DNA of 64,000 bases from Burkholderiaceae bacterium (GCA_017856435.1 JAFMFB010000008.1:3959-67958), one strand, 5' to 3'. Counted from the stretch's first letter, positions 30,999 through 41,739 are shown. Program-made: numbers and translations. The notes: generated from the sequence alone by a model not told the origin.

Positions 30999-31589
30999 GT
31001 GTCTGACACCCATTCACTGGACGCGCTGATTCAGGCCTTGCGACGACTCCCGGGCGTCGGCCTGAAGTCAGCCTCCCGCATGGCCGTTCACCTGCTTCAG
31101 CATGATCGTGCGGGGGCGCAGCAACTGGCGCTCGCGCTTCAGGCGGCAGCGCAGAACGTGCAGCATTGTCAGCGTTGTCGAACATTTACCGAGGCCGAGG
31201 TCTGTACCACATGTCTGAATCCAGCGCGTGATGCCAGCAAGCTGTGTGTGGTTGAGACACCCTCGGACCAGATGGCGCTGGAGCGAACAGGTGCCTTCAA
31301 GGGGCTGTATTACGTGCTGATGGGCAAGCTCAGCCCGCTGGATGGCATTGGCCCCAGGGAAATTGGCTTGTCTGAGCTGATGACTCGAGCTACCGACGGC
31401 CAGGTGCGTGAAGTGATTCTGGCGACCAACTTTACCGCCGAAGGCGAGGCCACCGCCCATGTCATTGGTGAAGCGCTCAAAGCTCGGGGTGTCGCTTTCA
31501 CCCGCCTGGCTCGCGGCGTGCCGATTGGCAGCGAATTGGAGTATGTGGACCTGGGCACGATTGCCCATGCCCTGGTCGATCGACATTAG
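30999..31589 (+). CDS. recR: Recombination protein RecR
   Basis: [20 protein letters not shown] (HhH), zinc finger CQRCRTF..CTTC, then a Toprim domain. GTG start. Confidence 0.95.
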   Translation: MSDTHSLDALIQALRRLPGVGLKSASRMAVHLLQHDRAGAQQLALALQAAAQNVQHCQRCRTFTEAEVCTTCLNPARDASKLCVVETPSDQMALERTGAFKGLYYVLMGKLSPLDGIGPREIGLSELMTRATDGQVREVILATNFTAEGEATAHVIGEALKARGVAFTRLARGVPIGSELEYVDLGTIAHALVDRH

Positions 31590-31666
31590 GACAGGCGGCC
31601 CATCGCGCGACCGAGGGGATTTGTCCTAGTGCTCAGTTGCCTCAACGCGACTCCTACAATGCCCGC

Positions 31667-32971
31667 ATGACCACAACTGCCGCCCCCAACTACCAGCCAC
31701 TGGCTGAACGATTGCGGCCTTCCACCCTGGGGGACGTGATCGGCCAGCAGCACCTGCTGGGGCTGGGCAAGCCCTTACGCATGGCTTTCGAGTCCGGGCA
31801 GCCGCATAGTTGCATTCTCTGGGGGCCGCCGGGAACTGGCAAAACCACCATTGCGCGCTTGATGGCCAACGCGTTTGACGCGCGATTTGTCACGATCAGC
31901 GCGGTTTTGGGTGGGGTCAAGGATATCCGGGAGGCGGTGGAACTGGCTCAGCTGACCCAGGCCCAGGGACGACGTACCATCCTGTTTGTCGATGAGGTGC
32001 ATCGATTTAACAAAAGTCAGCAGGATGCCTTCTTGCCTCATGTGGAAAGTGGCTTGTTCACTTTCATTGGCGCCACGACTGAAAACCCGTCATTCGAGGT
32101 GAATTCTGCGCTGTTGTCGCGAGCCGCCGTGTATGTGCTGCAACCCCTCAATGAGCAGGACCTTCAGCAGATTATCCAACGCGCTTTCGAGATCAGGGCC
32201 GTCCCAGAACTTGAGCCCAAGGCCAGCGAGCGGCTGGTTGCCTACGCCGATGGTGACGCACGACGCTTGCTCAACACGCTGGAGACACTGGCGGTAGTGG
32301 CTGAAAAAGAGCAGGTCAGTCTGATCACCGATGTGTGGTTGCTGCAAGTCCTGGGTGAGCGCATGCGCCGCTACGACAAGGGTGGCGAACAGTTTTATGA
32401 CACGATCAGCGCCCTGCACAAGTCGGTGCGTGGCTCTGACCCGGACGCCGCGCTCTACTGGCTGGTGCGCATGCTCGATGGTGGGGTCGACCCGCACTAT
32501 GTGGCGCGACGCATGATACGAATGGCCAGCGAGGATATTGGGCTGGCGGATCCCCGCGCCTTGCGCATGGCACTGGACGCCAGCGAAGTCTATGAGCGTC
32601 TTGGTTCTCCCGAGGGCGAGCTGGCACTGGCCGAGTGCATTGTTTATCTGGCCGTGGCGCCCAAAAGCAATGCTGTCTATCTGGCGTACAACCTGGCCCG
32701 GGCTTTTATCAAAAAAGATGGCACCCGGCCCGTGCCCCTGCATTTGCGCAATGCACCGACCCGGCTGATGAAGGATCTGGATTACGGCAAAGGCTACCGT
32801 TACGCCCATGACGAAGCCGGTGGTTTTGCGGCGGGTGAGCGTTATCTGCCAGACGGCATGGAAGACCCGGGTTTTTACCAACCCGTAGAACGTGGCCTGG
32901 AGATCAAGATTGCCGATAAGCTACGCTCTTTGCGAGCGCTGAATGCGCAAGCCCACAGAAAACCCCCCTGA
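31667..32971 (+). CDS. rarA: Replication-associated recombination protein A (AAA+ ATPase)
   Basis: PLAERLRP..L.DVIGQQHLLG, Walker A GPPGTGKTT, Walker B FVDEVHRFNK, and the MgsA C-terminal region YDTISALHKSVRGSDPDAALYW. Confidence 0.9.
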   Translation: MTTTAAPNYQPLAERLRPSTLGDVIGQQHLLGLGKPLRMAFESGQPHSCILWGPPGTGKTTIARLMANAFDARFVTISAVLGGVKDIREAVELAQLTQAQGRRTILFVDEVHRFNKSQQDAFLPHVESGLFTFIGATTENPSFEVNSALLSRAAVYVLQPLNEQDLQQIIQRAFEIRAVPELEPKASERLVAYADGDARRLLNTLETLAVVAEKEQVSLITDVWLLQVLGERMRRYDKGGEQFYDTISALHKSVRGSDPDAALYWLVRMLDGGVDPHYVARRMIRMASEDIGLADPRALRMALDASEVYERLGSPEGELALAECIVYLAVAPKSNAVYLAYNLARAFIKKDGTRPVPLHLRNAPTRLMKDLDYGKGYRYAHDEAGGFAAGERYLPDGMEDPGFYQPVERGLEIKIADKLRSLRALNAQAHRKPP

Positions 32972-33894
32972 TGGACATCCTTCTTCAGCAAATCATCAAT
33001 GGCCTGGTGTTGGGCAGCATGTATGCCCTGGTGGCCCTGGGGTACACCATGGTGTACGGCATCATCGGCCTGATCAACTTTGCGCACGGTGAAGTGTTGA
33101 TGGTGGGCGCCCTGGTCAGCTGGTCGGTGATCGGGATATTGCAGGGGCTGGGCTTGCCCGGCTGGCTGGTGCTGCTTTTGTCGATGCTGGTGGCCTGCGC
33201 CGTAGCGGCGCTACTCAACTACAGCATCGAGAAGGTGGCGTATCGACCGCTGCGCAATGCCCCCCGGCTGGCGCCGCTGATTACGGCAATTGGCATGTCG
33301 ATTCTCCTGCAGACCCTGGCGATGATCATCTGGAAGCCCAACTACAAGGCTTTCCCCACCTTGTTGCCAAGCACGCCCATTGCCGTGGGGGGTGCCACGA
33401 TTACCCCGACCCAGGTCATGATTCTGGTGCTGACGGGCCTGTCTCTGTCCTTGCTGATGTGGCTGGTCCATGCCACCCGACTGGGACGCGCCATGCGAGC
33501 GACTGCCGAAAATCCGAAGGTGGCTGCGCTGATGGGGGTGCAGCCTGACAAGGTCATATCGGCCACCTTCATCATCGGGGCGGTTCTGGCAGCCATTGCC
33601 GGTGTGATGTGGGCTGCCAACTATGGCACGGCCCAGCACACGATGGGGTTCTTGCCAGGACTCAAGGCCTTCACAGCGGCTGTCTTTGGCGGCATTGGCA
33701 ATCTCGCCGGTGCGGTGGTTGGCGGCATTCTTCTTGGCCTGATCGAGTCGATCGGCGCAGGCTATATAGGGCAGCTTACGGGTGGCATTTTGGGCAGCCA
33801 CTATGCCGATATCTTTGCCTTTGTGGTGCTGATTGCGGTCTTGACCCTGCGACCTTCAGGCTTGTTGGGCGAGCGGGTTGCAGACCGTGCCTGA
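32971..33894 (+). CDS. livH: Branched-chain amino acid ABC transporter permease
   Basis: MDILLQQIINGLVLGSMYALVALGYTMVYG is the typical LivH N-terminus. The start overlaps the rarA stop by 1 nt. Confidence 0.9.
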   Translation: MDILLQQIINGLVLGSMYALVALGYTMVYGIIGLINFAHGEVLMVGALVSWSVIGILQGLGLPGWLVLLLSMLVACAVAALLNYSIEKVAYRPLRNAPRLAPLITAIGMSILLQTLAMIIWKPNYKAFPTLLPSTPIAVGGATITPTQVMILVLTGLSLSLLMWLVHATRLGRAMRATAENPKVAALMGVQPDKVISATFIIGAVLAAIAGVMWAANYGTAQHTMGFLPGLKAFTAAVFGGIGNLAGAVVGGILLGLIESIGAGYIGQLTGGILGSHYADIFAFVVLIAVLTLRPSGLLGERVADRA

Positions 33895-33906
33895 AGGGTC
33901 AGAGAC

Positions 33907-34989
33907 ATGACGCAGCGTCAACGACTGTTTGCCATCCTCTTTGCCAGCGCTGGGCTGCTGGTCCTGCCTTTGTTCTTGCAAGGCTTTGGCAACGCCTGGG
34001 TACGCATTGCCGATATGGCGCTACTGTTTGTGCTGCTGGCCTTGGGCCTGAATATTGTGGTGGGTTATGCCGGCCTGCTCGATCTGGGCTTTGTGGCCTT
34101 TTTTGCAATTGGCGCCTATATGTTTGGCCTGATGGCCTCACCCCATCTGAGCGAAAACTTTCCGCTGTTCGCAGCCATGTTTCCACAGGGGCTGCACACA
34201 CCGCTGTGGCTGGTCATTCCCTTGGCCGCACTGTTGGCTGGTGCGCTGGGCATCTTGCTGGGGGCGCCTACATTGCGCTTGCGTGGCGACTACCTGGCCA
34301 TTGTGACCCTGGGGTTTGGCGAAATCATTCGGGTGTTTCTGAACAATCTGGACCATCCGATCAACCTGACGAATGGTCCCAAGGGCATCGGGCAGATTGA
34401 CTCCCTCAAGTTGTTCGGTCTGGATTTGGGAAAAAAACTTAGTCTGGGTGACTTTGAGCTGGCCTCGGTCTCGCTTTATTACTACCTCTTTCTCCTGCTG
34501 GTGGTGCTGAGTGTGCTGATCTGCCATCGTCTGGAGCGGTCGCGTATTGGCCGCGCCTGGATGGCAATACGTGAAGACGAGATTGCTGCCAAGGCCATGG
34601 GGATCAACACCCGAAATATGAAATTGCTGGCCTTCGGCATGGGGGCGACCTTCGGTGGTGTCTCAGGTGCCATGTTTGCCTCGTTCCAGAGCTTTATCTC
34701 GCCCGAATCGTTCAGCCTGATGGAGTCGGTCATGATTGTCGCCATGGTGGTGCTGGGTGGTCTGGGTCACTTGCCTGGCGTCATACTCGGTGCGGTGATG
34801 CTGGCAGCCCTGCCTGAGGTCTTGCGCTATGTGGCAGGCCCTCTGCAGGCCATGACCGATGGACGGCTTGACGCCTCGATCCTGCGTCAGTTGCTGATTG
34901 CCCTGGCCATGATTTCCATCATGCTGTTGCGACCGCGTGGTCTGTGGCCGGCTCCCGAGTTGACAAGCACTCAAAATGGCAAAGGCTAA
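33907..34989 (+). CDS. livM: Branched-chain amino acid ABC transporter permease
   Basis: LNIVVGYAGLLDLGFVAFFAIGAY and RLRGDYLAIVTLGFGEI are typical of LivM. Confidence 0.9.
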   Translation: MTQRQRLFAILFASAGLLVLPLFLQGFGNAWVRIADMALLFVLLALGLNIVVGYAGLLDLGFVAFFAIGAYMFGLMASPHLSENFPLFAAMFPQGLHTPLWLVIPLAALLAGALGILLGAPTLRLRGDYLAIVTLGFGEIIRVFLNNLDHPINLTNGPKGIGQIDSLKLFGLDLGKKLSLGDFELASVSLYYYLFLLLVVLSVLICHRLERSRIGRAWMAIREDEIAAKAMGINTRNMKLLAFGMGATFGGVSGAMFASFQSFISPESFSLMESVMIVAMVVLGGLGHLPGVILGAVMLAALPEVLRYVAGPLQAMTDGRLDASILRQLLIALAMISIMLLRPRGLWPAPELTSTQNGKG

Positions 34990-35791
34990 GACTTCCATGG
35001 GTAGCCAGGTGATTCTTGAGGTTCGAGATGCGTCCAAACGCTTCGGCGGGTTGTTGGCGCTCAGCGAGGTGGGCTTGCGAATTGAGCGTGGTCAGGTCTA
35101 TGGCCTGATTGGGCCGAATGGTGCAGGTAAAACCACTTTCTTCAATGTGATCACGGGCCTGTACACGCCCGATAGCGGAAGCTTTGTGTTATCGGGCCAA
35201 GCCTATGAGCCGACCGCGGTACACGAGGTGGCCCGTGCAGGCATTGCCCGTACCTTCCAGAATATCCGGCTGTTTGCCGATATGAGCGCCCTGGAAAATG
35301 TCATGGTGGGTCGTCATATCCGCTCTTCCTCCGGTGTCTTGGGGGCAATTTTCCGTACCGCCTCATTTCGGGCGGAAGAGTCCGTCATTGCCAATCGTGC
35401 GCAAGAGTTGCTTGACTATGTTGGTATTGGCGCCATGGCCGACTATCGGGCTCGCACGCTCAGTTATGGTGACCAGCGTCGCCTTGAAATTGCCCGCGCC
35501 CTGGCGACCGATCCGCAGTTGATTGCACTGGACGAGCCAGCAGCCGGCATGAATGCCACAGAAAAAATCCAGTTGCGTGAGCTGATCGACCGCATTCGTG
35601 ACGATGGCAAAACGGTGTTGTTGATCGAGCACGACGTCAAGCTGGTCATGGGCGTTTGTGACCGGGTGACGGTGCTGGATTACGGCCGGGTGATTGCCGA
35701 GGGTACGCCCAGGGAAGTGCAGGGTAATGAGAAAGTGATTGAGGCTTACCTCGGAACCGGTCAGGCGGACAAGGCAGGTCTGTCAACGTGA
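34976..35791 (+). CDS. livG: Branched-chain amino acid ABC transporter ATP-binding protein
   Basis: KRFGGLLAL, GPNGAGKTT, LSYGDQRRLEIARAL and LLIEHD. The start may instead be the ATG at 34997. Confidence 0.9.
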   Translation: MAKAKTSMGSQVILEVRDASKRFGGLLALSEVGLRIERGQVYGLIGPNGAGKTTFFNVITGLYTPDSGSFVLSGQAYEPTAVHEVARAGIARTFQNIRLFADMSALENVMVGRHIRSSSGVLGAIFRTASFRAEESVIANRAQELLDYVGIGAMADYRARTLSYGDQRRLEIARALATDPQLIALDEPAAGMNATEKIQLRELIDRIRDDGKTVLLIEHDVKLVMGVCDRVTVLDYGRVIAEGTPREVQGNEKVIEAYLGTGQADKAGLST

Positions 35792-35852
35792 ACTCCTTTA
35801 ACCGGAACGCCACTGACTTGGAAGAAATGTTGTTGCCAGGAACGCTGAGACC

Positions 35853-36572
35853 ATGAGCACAGAAATCCTGCTGCAGGTACGAGGTCTTAAGGTCGCCTAT
35901 GGAGGCATTCAGGCGGTCAAGGGCATTGATCTGGAAGTTCGTGAGGGTGAACTGGTCTGCCTGATTGGCTCCAATGGCGCGGGCAAGACCAGCACTATGA
36001 AAGCCGTGACTGGCATCCTGCCCAGCGTTGGCGATCTGAGCTATCTGGGCCGCAATATTCAGGGCCAGGGGGCCTGGGACCTGGTGCAGCAGGGCTTGGC
36101 TATGGTGCCCGAGGGTCGGGGCGTATTCACCCGCATGAGCATTCAGGAAAACCTGTTGATGGGTGCCTTTGTACGGACCGACAAAAGCGTGATCCATGAC
36201 GATATGGAACGGGTTTTTACGCTGTTTCCAAGACTGAAGGAGCGGCGCGATCAACTGGCGGGCACCCTGAGCGGAGGCGAGCAGCAGATGTTGGCCATGG
36301 GACGCGCCCTGATGAGCCGCCCCAGATTGCTGTTGCTCGATGAACCTTCGATGGGGCTGAGCCCCCTCATGGTCGACAAAATTTTCGAAGTGGTGCGCGA
36401 GGTGGCTGCTCAGGGGGTCACGATATTGCTGGTCGAGCAAAATGCCAGCCGGGCCCTGGCCCTTGCCCACCGGGGCTATGTCATGGAGTCAGGCTTGATT
36501 ACCTTGAGCGCACCGGCGCAGACCTTGCTGCACGATCCGGCGGTTCGGTCGGCCTACTTAGGTCACGGATGA
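35853..36572 (+). CDS. livF: Branched-chain amino acid ABC transporter ATP-binding protein
   Basis: GSNGAGKTS, LSGGEQQMLAMGRAL, LLLDEPSMGLSP and LLVEQN. Confidence 0.9.
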   Translation: MSTEILLQVRGLKVAYGGIQAVKGIDLEVREGELVCLIGSNGAGKTSTMKAVTGILPSVGDLSYLGRNIQGQGAWDLVQQGLAMVPEGRGVFTRMSIQENLLMGAFVRTDKSVIHDDMERVFTLFPRLKERRDQLAGTLSGGEQQMLAMGRALMSRPRLLLLDEPSMGLSPLMVDKIFEVVREVAAQGVTILLVEQNASRALALAHRGYVMESGLITLSAPAQTLLHDPAVRSAYLGHG

Positions 36573-36639
36573 CGGTGCTGGCTCCCAGCGCGACTTGTCC
36601 CCTAAGATAAGCATTTGAGACTCAGCATCAGGAGCATCC

Positions 36640-37131
36640 ATGAAAAACAGGTTCAGTTTCGTTCTGGCTTTGTCCTTGGCCGGTACCGCCCTGGCACAGA
36701 ACGCCACATTCCAGACCAAGTCCCTCACACCAGAGGCAGCCCTGAAGGCGGCCAGCACAGCCCTGGAGAGTTGCCGCAAGCAGGGCTACCAGGTGGCGGT
36801 GGCCGTGGTGGATCGAGGTGGGATTGTGCAGGTCTTGCTGCGCGACCGATATGCGGGCCCACACACCCCACGGGTCGCCACCGATAAAGCCTGGACTGCC
36901 AACAGCTTCAAGACCTCAACCCTACAACTCGCCAGCGAGACACAAGCCGGCAAACCCATGAGCGGCATCCGCGGCGTGCCGCGCTTTCTGGCAGTGGGGG
37001 GCGGTGTGATGATTGAAGGCGGCGGCAGCCAGTTTGGTGCCATCGGCGTTTCTGGCGCTCCCGGCGGTGAGGCCGATGAGGTATGCGCCAAGGCTGGCCT
37101 GAAAGCGATTGCCGAGGATCTCGAGTTTTAA
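36640..37131 (+). CDS. GlcG/HbpS-like (DUF336) heme-binding protein with a signal peptide
   Basis: 163 aa with signal MKNRFSFVLALSLAGTALA. VAVAVVDRGG and GAIGVSGAPGGEADEVCA are typical of the GlcG family. Confidence 0.8.
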   Translation: MKNRFSFVLALSLAGTALAQNATFQTKSLTPEAALKAASTALESCRKQGYQVAVAVVDRGGIVQVLLRDRYAGPHTPRVATDKAWTANSFKTSTLQLASETQAGKPMSGIRGVPRFLAVGGGVMIEGGGSQFGAIGVSGAPGGEADEVCAKAGLKAIAEDLEF

Positions 37132-37149
37132 GCTGCTCTCTGTATTGAC

Positions 37150-38121
37150 TCAGTCCACCCTGGCCCCGCTGGCCTTGACCAGCGGCTGGTACTTGGCCAA
37201 TTCATTGCTGATAAAGGCGGCAAAGCCCTCGGGCGAACCGGGTGCCGGCTCAGCCATCAGGCTGGCAAAGCGGGCCCGGATCTCTGGGCTGTTCAAGGCG
37301 GTCACAAAGGCCTGGTTGAGCCGCGTTACGGTGTCTCGCGGCGTGGCTGCAGGAGCGACCAGACCCCACCAGGTGTCGATGGCAAAGCCGGCATAGGTCT
37401 GGGCCACGGGCGGTATGCCAGGCAGGGCGGTTGAGGGCGCCAGTGTGGTGACAGCCAAGGCTTTCAACTTGCCTGCCCGAATGTTGGGGGCGGCAGTGGC
37501 CAGATTGTCAAAGTTGAAGTCGACCTGCCCTGACAACAGGGCCAGCTGGGCCGGATTGCCGCCGTTGTAGGGGATGTGTACCGCAAATATTCCAGCGCGC
37601 TGCTTGAACAATTCTCCCGCCAGATGACCGGCACTGCCATTGCCGCCACTGCCGTAATTGAGCTTGGCCGGGTTGGCCTTGGCATAGGCCACCAGGTCGG
37701 ACAGGGTGTGGATGTTCAACCGTTGGGCGGTCTGGGCGTTCATCACCAGCACATTGGGCACCCGCAGCATTTGGGTGATGGGTGTGAAATCACGCTGCGC
37801 GTCATAGGGCATCTTGCTGTACAGCCAGGGATTGACGGCGTGGGTCGCGGTGGCGGCAATACCTATCGTGAAACCATCAGGCGTAGCCTTGGCCACCGCA
37901 TCAGCCCCAATGTTGCCGCCCGCGCCCGGACGGTTTTCAATCACAACCAGCCCCAGACTGTCTTTCACCCGCTCGGCCAGTGCACGTGCCGTGGTATCGA
38001 TGGGGCCACCCGCCGCATAGGGCACGATCAGTCGGATTGGACGCGCTTGTGCGCGCACCGTGAACCAGGGCAATGCCAGCGAAGCGCTGGCTGAAAATGC
38101 AAGCAGGTGTCGTCGTTTCAT
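37150..38121 (-). CDS. Bug family (TctC-like) substrate-binding protein
   Basis: MKRRHLLAFSASASLALPWFTVRAQARPIRLIVPYAAGGP. I chose the ATG at 38121 over the longer ORF start at 38232. Confidence 0.9.
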   Translation of the reverse strand: MKRRHLLAFSASASLALPWFTVRAQARPIRLIVPYAAGGPIDTTARALAERVKDSLGLVVIENRPGAGGNIGADAVAKATPDGFTIGIAATATHAVNPWLYSKMPYDAQRDFTPITQMLRVPNVLVMNAQTAQRLNIHTLSDLVAYAKANPAKLNYGSGGNGSAGHLAGELFKQRAGIFAVHIPYNGGNPAQLALLSGQVDFNFDNLATAAPNIRAGKLKALAVTTLAPSTALPGIPPVAQTYAGFAIDTWWGLVAPAATPRDTVTRLNQAFVTALNSPEIRARFASLMAEPAPGSPEGFAAFISNELAKYQPLVKASGARVD

Positions 38122-38173
38122 GAGGCGAGCCTTGACAGTTGGATGTTCAGAAATTGTGTGTACATGCAGCGGA

Positions 38174-39151
38174 TCATTCGGCCGTGGCAGGTTTGGACTT
38201 GATTCTTGGTAGTGGCTGCCCCGAGGCTGCACTGGCGGTGATCAGCTGAAGGCCAGGAACAAGCCGCTCAAATTGATCCGCGGGAGCCACCGTGACAGCC
38301 ACACTAAGCTCGTGCGATCCACCCCCTTGGATCACGCCGCGCAGCGGCGACACATCGCCAAAATCGCGCCCAATGGCAACCGTTACATAGTCTTCGCCTG
38401 GGCTGGGATAGCCACATCGTTGGTTGGTGGGATCAAAGTCATACCACTTGCCTTCGCAGGCGACCGATACCCAGGCATGCGAAGCATCAGCCCCTACCAA
38501 TCGCTCCTTGCCGGGAGGTGGTTGGGTGAGCAGGTAGCCGCTCACATAGCGCGCCGCTAACCCCAACGAACGCAGACACCCCAGCATGATGTGGGCAAAG
38601 TCCTGACACACGCCCTTGCGCTGAGCCAGGGCCTGCAAGGCCGGGGTATGTATTTCCGTGCTTTGGCTCTCATAGCGCAACTCCATGTGGATTCTGTTCA
38701 TCAAGGCTTCGCAGGCGGCGAGAAGAGGGCGTCTTGGCGTGAAATCCGGGCGGGCGAATTCAGTGAAGGTATCGTCGATCACCACAAAAGGCGATGCAAA
38801 GCGAAACTCCGAGCTGGGTTCATAGGGCTGACCGGCATGGTATTGGTAGGCTTGCTGCACGTCTTCCCAAGCCGGTGAGGCTGGCAACGGGGCGCTTTTT
38901 CGGGTTTGCAACAGGCTATCGGAAATCACATCGAGCTGTTCATGGGGGCTTTGCAGGGCAAAAAATGTTCGCTGATTGCCAAAGGCGTCGCTCGTGTCCT
39001 GTCGCTGGGCGGGCACTGGCAGGATGGCCGTTTGATGACGCAGCAGCTGTTGGCCATCTGTCTGAAGCGGTTGCAGGTGGGCCAGATGCTGGGCCAGCAT
39101 GACAGGTACCTGATAGATGTATTGGGTATGGTGAATGACACGAAGCAGCAT
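38174..39151 (-). CDS. Transglutaminase-like cysteine protease fold protein (Bact_transglu_N + transglutaminase core)
   Basis: MLLRVIHHTQYIYQVPV is a typical N-terminal domain. The candidate catalytic triad is Cys in KGVCQDFAH, His in ASHAWVSV and Asp in YDFDPTN. A TTG at 39160 is an alternative start. Confidence 0.85.
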   Translation of the reverse strand: MLLRVIHHTQYIYQVPVMLAQHLAHLQPLQTDGQQLLRHQTAILPVPAQRQDTSDAFGNQRTFFALQSPHEQLDVISDSLLQTRKSAPLPASPAWEDVQQAYQYHAGQPYEPSSEFRFASPFVVIDDTFTEFARPDFTPRRPLLAACEALMNRIHMELRYESQSTEIHTPALQALAQRKGVCQDFAHIMLGCLRSLGLAARYVSGYLLTQPPPGKERLVGADASHAWVSVACEGKWYDFDPTNQRCGYPSPGEDYVTVAIGRDFGDVSPLRGVIQGGGSHELSVAVTVAPADQFERLVPGLQLITASAASGQPLPRIKSKPATAE

Positions 39152-39156
39152 GGCGT

Positions 39157-41739
39157 TCAACTGAACAGGCTTTGCTTGATGCGCTCAGCGTGGCTGAAAT
39201 AACGCTGTGTCATCTTGTCCGACAAATCAGCGGCTGCCTGCTCCAGACTGTTTAAAAGTGCCATCAACTCGGCCGGGGCCGGTAGGGCTTCGCGGGTCAG
39301 GTTCTGCGCCGCTGATTCGTTGGAGGCGACGGCGCCGCTGAGGGTGGCTAGGTCCCATGATTGGGGATCGGGCAGGAGGTCCAGCAGTTCGGGGGCGTCC
39401 GAATTTTGCTGGGGCAGCTTGATCACACGTGCGCGCAGGGATTTGAGCACCCAGCCCAGAGAGCGCGGGTTGTCTTGGTTGATGACCAGCATGTCCAACA
39501 ACGCAACGAGATCGCGCCGCTGTTGGTATTGCGCATGAAATGTGATGCTGCTGTCAAACAGACTGAGCAGGGTTTCATAACCCTGGTCATCGAAAACACT
39601 GCCAGTTTCCAGTGCCAGTCGTAGCGCCTGGGCCAGGGTTTGCAGTCGTTCAAGATGCCGGCCGATGCTCAGCATTCGCCAGCCGTTATCCCGCACCATG
39701 CGGTCAGTCTGGGCGCCAGTGATGGCAGCCAGGGATTCGCTCGCCGCGGCCAGTGACTCCAGTGCTTCCTGAGTGGCGTATTCAGAGTCCTCGCCAAGTC
39801 GGGCCTGTTGGGTTGTGAAATTTTCGTCCACTCGGCCAATCAGATTGCGTAATTCCTGAGACAGTCTTTCCCTGACCTGGTTGGCAGATTGATGCAGGGC
39901 GCGCAGGTTGTAGCCAACACTGTGCGCGCCGGAATCGGCGTCCAGCATGGCCACCAGGCTGCGCTCAAAGACCCGGCTAGACTGGCTTGGCGGTGGGGTT
40001 TGCGGCATTACTAGCCCCTGAGCCAGCGCCAGTTGACCCAGCCAGGCCGACAGCCGTGCGTCATTTGCGTCATCGCTGAGGAGGGTCCGCAAGGTCAGTC
40101 GAGCCTGACGAACCGTATTTTCAGCGCGTTCAGTGTAGCGTCCGAGCCAGAAAAGATTTTCAGCAGAACGGCTGGTGACCACACGTTTCTGCTGGGCCAG
40201 CGTGAGGGTACTGCTGGCCTGACGCAGCAGACTGGTATCGTCCGGTTCGCCATCGGAGAGGACCCAGCAATCGGCACTGCTGCCGCCGCGCTGCATTGAG
40301 GCAATCATCTGGCCTTGCGGGGCCAGTCGAACAATGCCGCCGGGCAAAACACGCCAGGAGTCGGGGCCATCGGCCAGGGCAAATACCCGCAACATGGTGG
40401 CACGCGGGGCAATGTTTCCATCGTGCCAGGTCGGGTTGTGTGACAGGGGCAGGTAGGCCTGCAAGGTATGTTCGTCGGGTCGGTGGACAATGCGACGCGC
40501 AAGTTTCTCAAGTGAAACCGCGTCCAGCGTGGGGCCAATCAGGGTTTGACTGAATTTGCCGCTGTAGTTGTTCTTGATCACGCTCTTATGCAACATGGGG
40601 AGCGCGTTTTCCAGGGTGGCTGCCTCGCCGCACCACCAGGTGTCCAGGGACGGCAGCTTCAATGGCTCACTCAGCAGGTGCTCACAAATGGCGGGCAGAA
40701 AGCCCAGCATGGCGCTGGACTCCAAGGGGGCTGAGCCAGGGGCGTTGGCCAGCAACACATTGCCAGCCTGGACAGCCTGCATCAATCCGGGCACACCCAG
40801 TGCCGAGTCGGGACGAAGTTCCAGCGGGTCCAGCCATTGGTCATCCAGGCGCTTGATCAGCACGTCCACCGGCTCCAGACCATCCATGGTTTTCAGGTAA
40901 ACATGCTGATCACGCACGGTCAGGTCATGGCCTTCCACCAGGCTCAGACCAAGATAGCGAGCCAGGTAGGCATGTTCGAAATAGGTCTCGTTGTAGGGTC
41001 CAGGTGTCAGCAGGGCAATCCGCGCGTTAGCGCCCTTGGGCGAAAGGGTCTGCAAGCCTCGCATCAGCGCCTTGTAGCTGCCGGCCAGTCGCTGGACTTT
41101 CATGGCATTGAAGGCGGCTGGAAATTCGCGAGAGATGGTGATCCGGTTTTCAAGCAGGTAACCCAAGCCCGAAGGCGCCTGCGTGCGGTGCGACACGATC
41201 CACCAGCGTCCATCCGGCCCATGTGCCAGGTCAAAGGCAGCGATATGCAGCCAGGTGCCTCCGGCCGGCTGAGCCCCTTGCATGGCTCTCAGGTAGCCAG
41301 GATGCCCCTGCACCAGCGCAGCAGGTAACAAGGCTTGTTCCAGCAGCTGCCGCGGCCCGTAGATGTCAGCCAGAATCCTGTTGAGCAGACGCGCCCGCTG
41401 CGTGACCCCCGCTTCAATGGTGGCCCAATCCTGCGCCGGAATGATCAGCGGAAAAAGATCGAGCGACCAAGGACGCGGTGTGCCTTCAGCATCGGCATAG
41501 ACGTTGTAGGTGACCCCGTTGTCATGCAGTTGACGCACCATGCCCTGCTGGCGCCGGTTCAGGTCGGCAATTCCCTCGGGGCCGAGCAAGTCGAAAAAAC
41601 GAGCCCAGTACTCTGTCAGCGCCGGGTCTTTGCCGCGCAGTTCATCAAGATGACCCCTGGGGGTGGGTCGGGCGATGGAGGCAGCCAGCGCTGAGCCGCT
41701 CAGGGACAGGTCGTTTTGAAAAAGGGATTGCAGGGCCAA
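39157..41739 (-). CDS. Fusion protein: circularly permuted type-2 ATP-grasp domain (N-terminal) + alpha-E domain (C-terminal)
   Basis: 860 aa. The N-terminal half parallels the 45507..46952 product (YFEHAYLARYLGLSLVEGHDL vs YFEHAFLAQQMGVELVEGQDL; NAPGSA vs NAIGTG). The C-terminal half parallels the 46968..47921 product (AENLFWLGRYTERAENT vs ADHLFWMSRYTERAENT). Confidence 0.85.
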   Translation of the reverse strand: MALQSLFQNDLSLSGSALAASIARPTPRGHLDELRGKDPALTEYWARFFDLLGPEGIADLNRRQQGMVRQLHDNGVTYNVYADAEGTPRPWSLDLFPLIIPAQDWATIEAGVTQRARLLNRILADIYGPRQLLEQALLPAALVQGHPGYLRAMQGAQPAGGTWLHIAAFDLAHGPDGRWWIVSHRTQAPSGLGYLLENRITISREFPAAFNAMKVQRLAGSYKALMRGLQTLSPKGANARIALLTPGPYNETYFEHAYLARYLGLSLVEGHDLTVRDQHVYLKTMDGLEPVDVLIKRLDDQWLDPLELRPDSALGVPGLMQAVQAGNVLLANAPGSAPLESSAMLGFLPAICEHLLSEPLKLPSLDTWWCGEAATLENALPMLHKSVIKNNYSGKFSQTLIGPTLDAVSLEKLARRIVHRPDEHTLQAYLPLSHNPTWHDGNIAPRATMLRVFALADGPDSWRVLPGGIVRLAPQGQMIASMQRGGSSADCWVLSDGEPDDTSLLRQASSTLTLAQQKRVVTSRSAENLFWLGRYTERAENTVRQARLTLRTLLSDDANDARLSAWLGQLALAQGLVMPQTPPPSQSSRVFERSLVAMLDADSGAHSVGYNLRALHQSANQVRERLSQELRNLIGRVDENFTTQQARLGEDSEYATQEALESLAAASESLAAITGAQTDRMVRDNGWRMLSIGRHLERLQTLAQALRLALETGSVFDDQGYETLLSLFDSSITFHAQYQQRRDLVALLDMLVINQDNPRSLGWVLKSLRARVIKLPQQNSDAPELLDLLPDPQSWDLATLSGAVASNESAAQNLTREALPAPAELMALLNSLEQAAADLSDKMTQRYFSHAERIKQSLFS

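Noticed and set aside
33609-34400. 263-aa alternative-frame ORF spanning the livH/livM junction. Similar shadow ORFs occur at 35646..36470, 32090..32881, 25577..26326, 45390..46121 and 58419..59321.
   Set aside because: Their composition is Arg/Trp/Cys/Gly-rich and none resembles a known domain. Each fully overlaps a confidently identified gene in another frame or strand.
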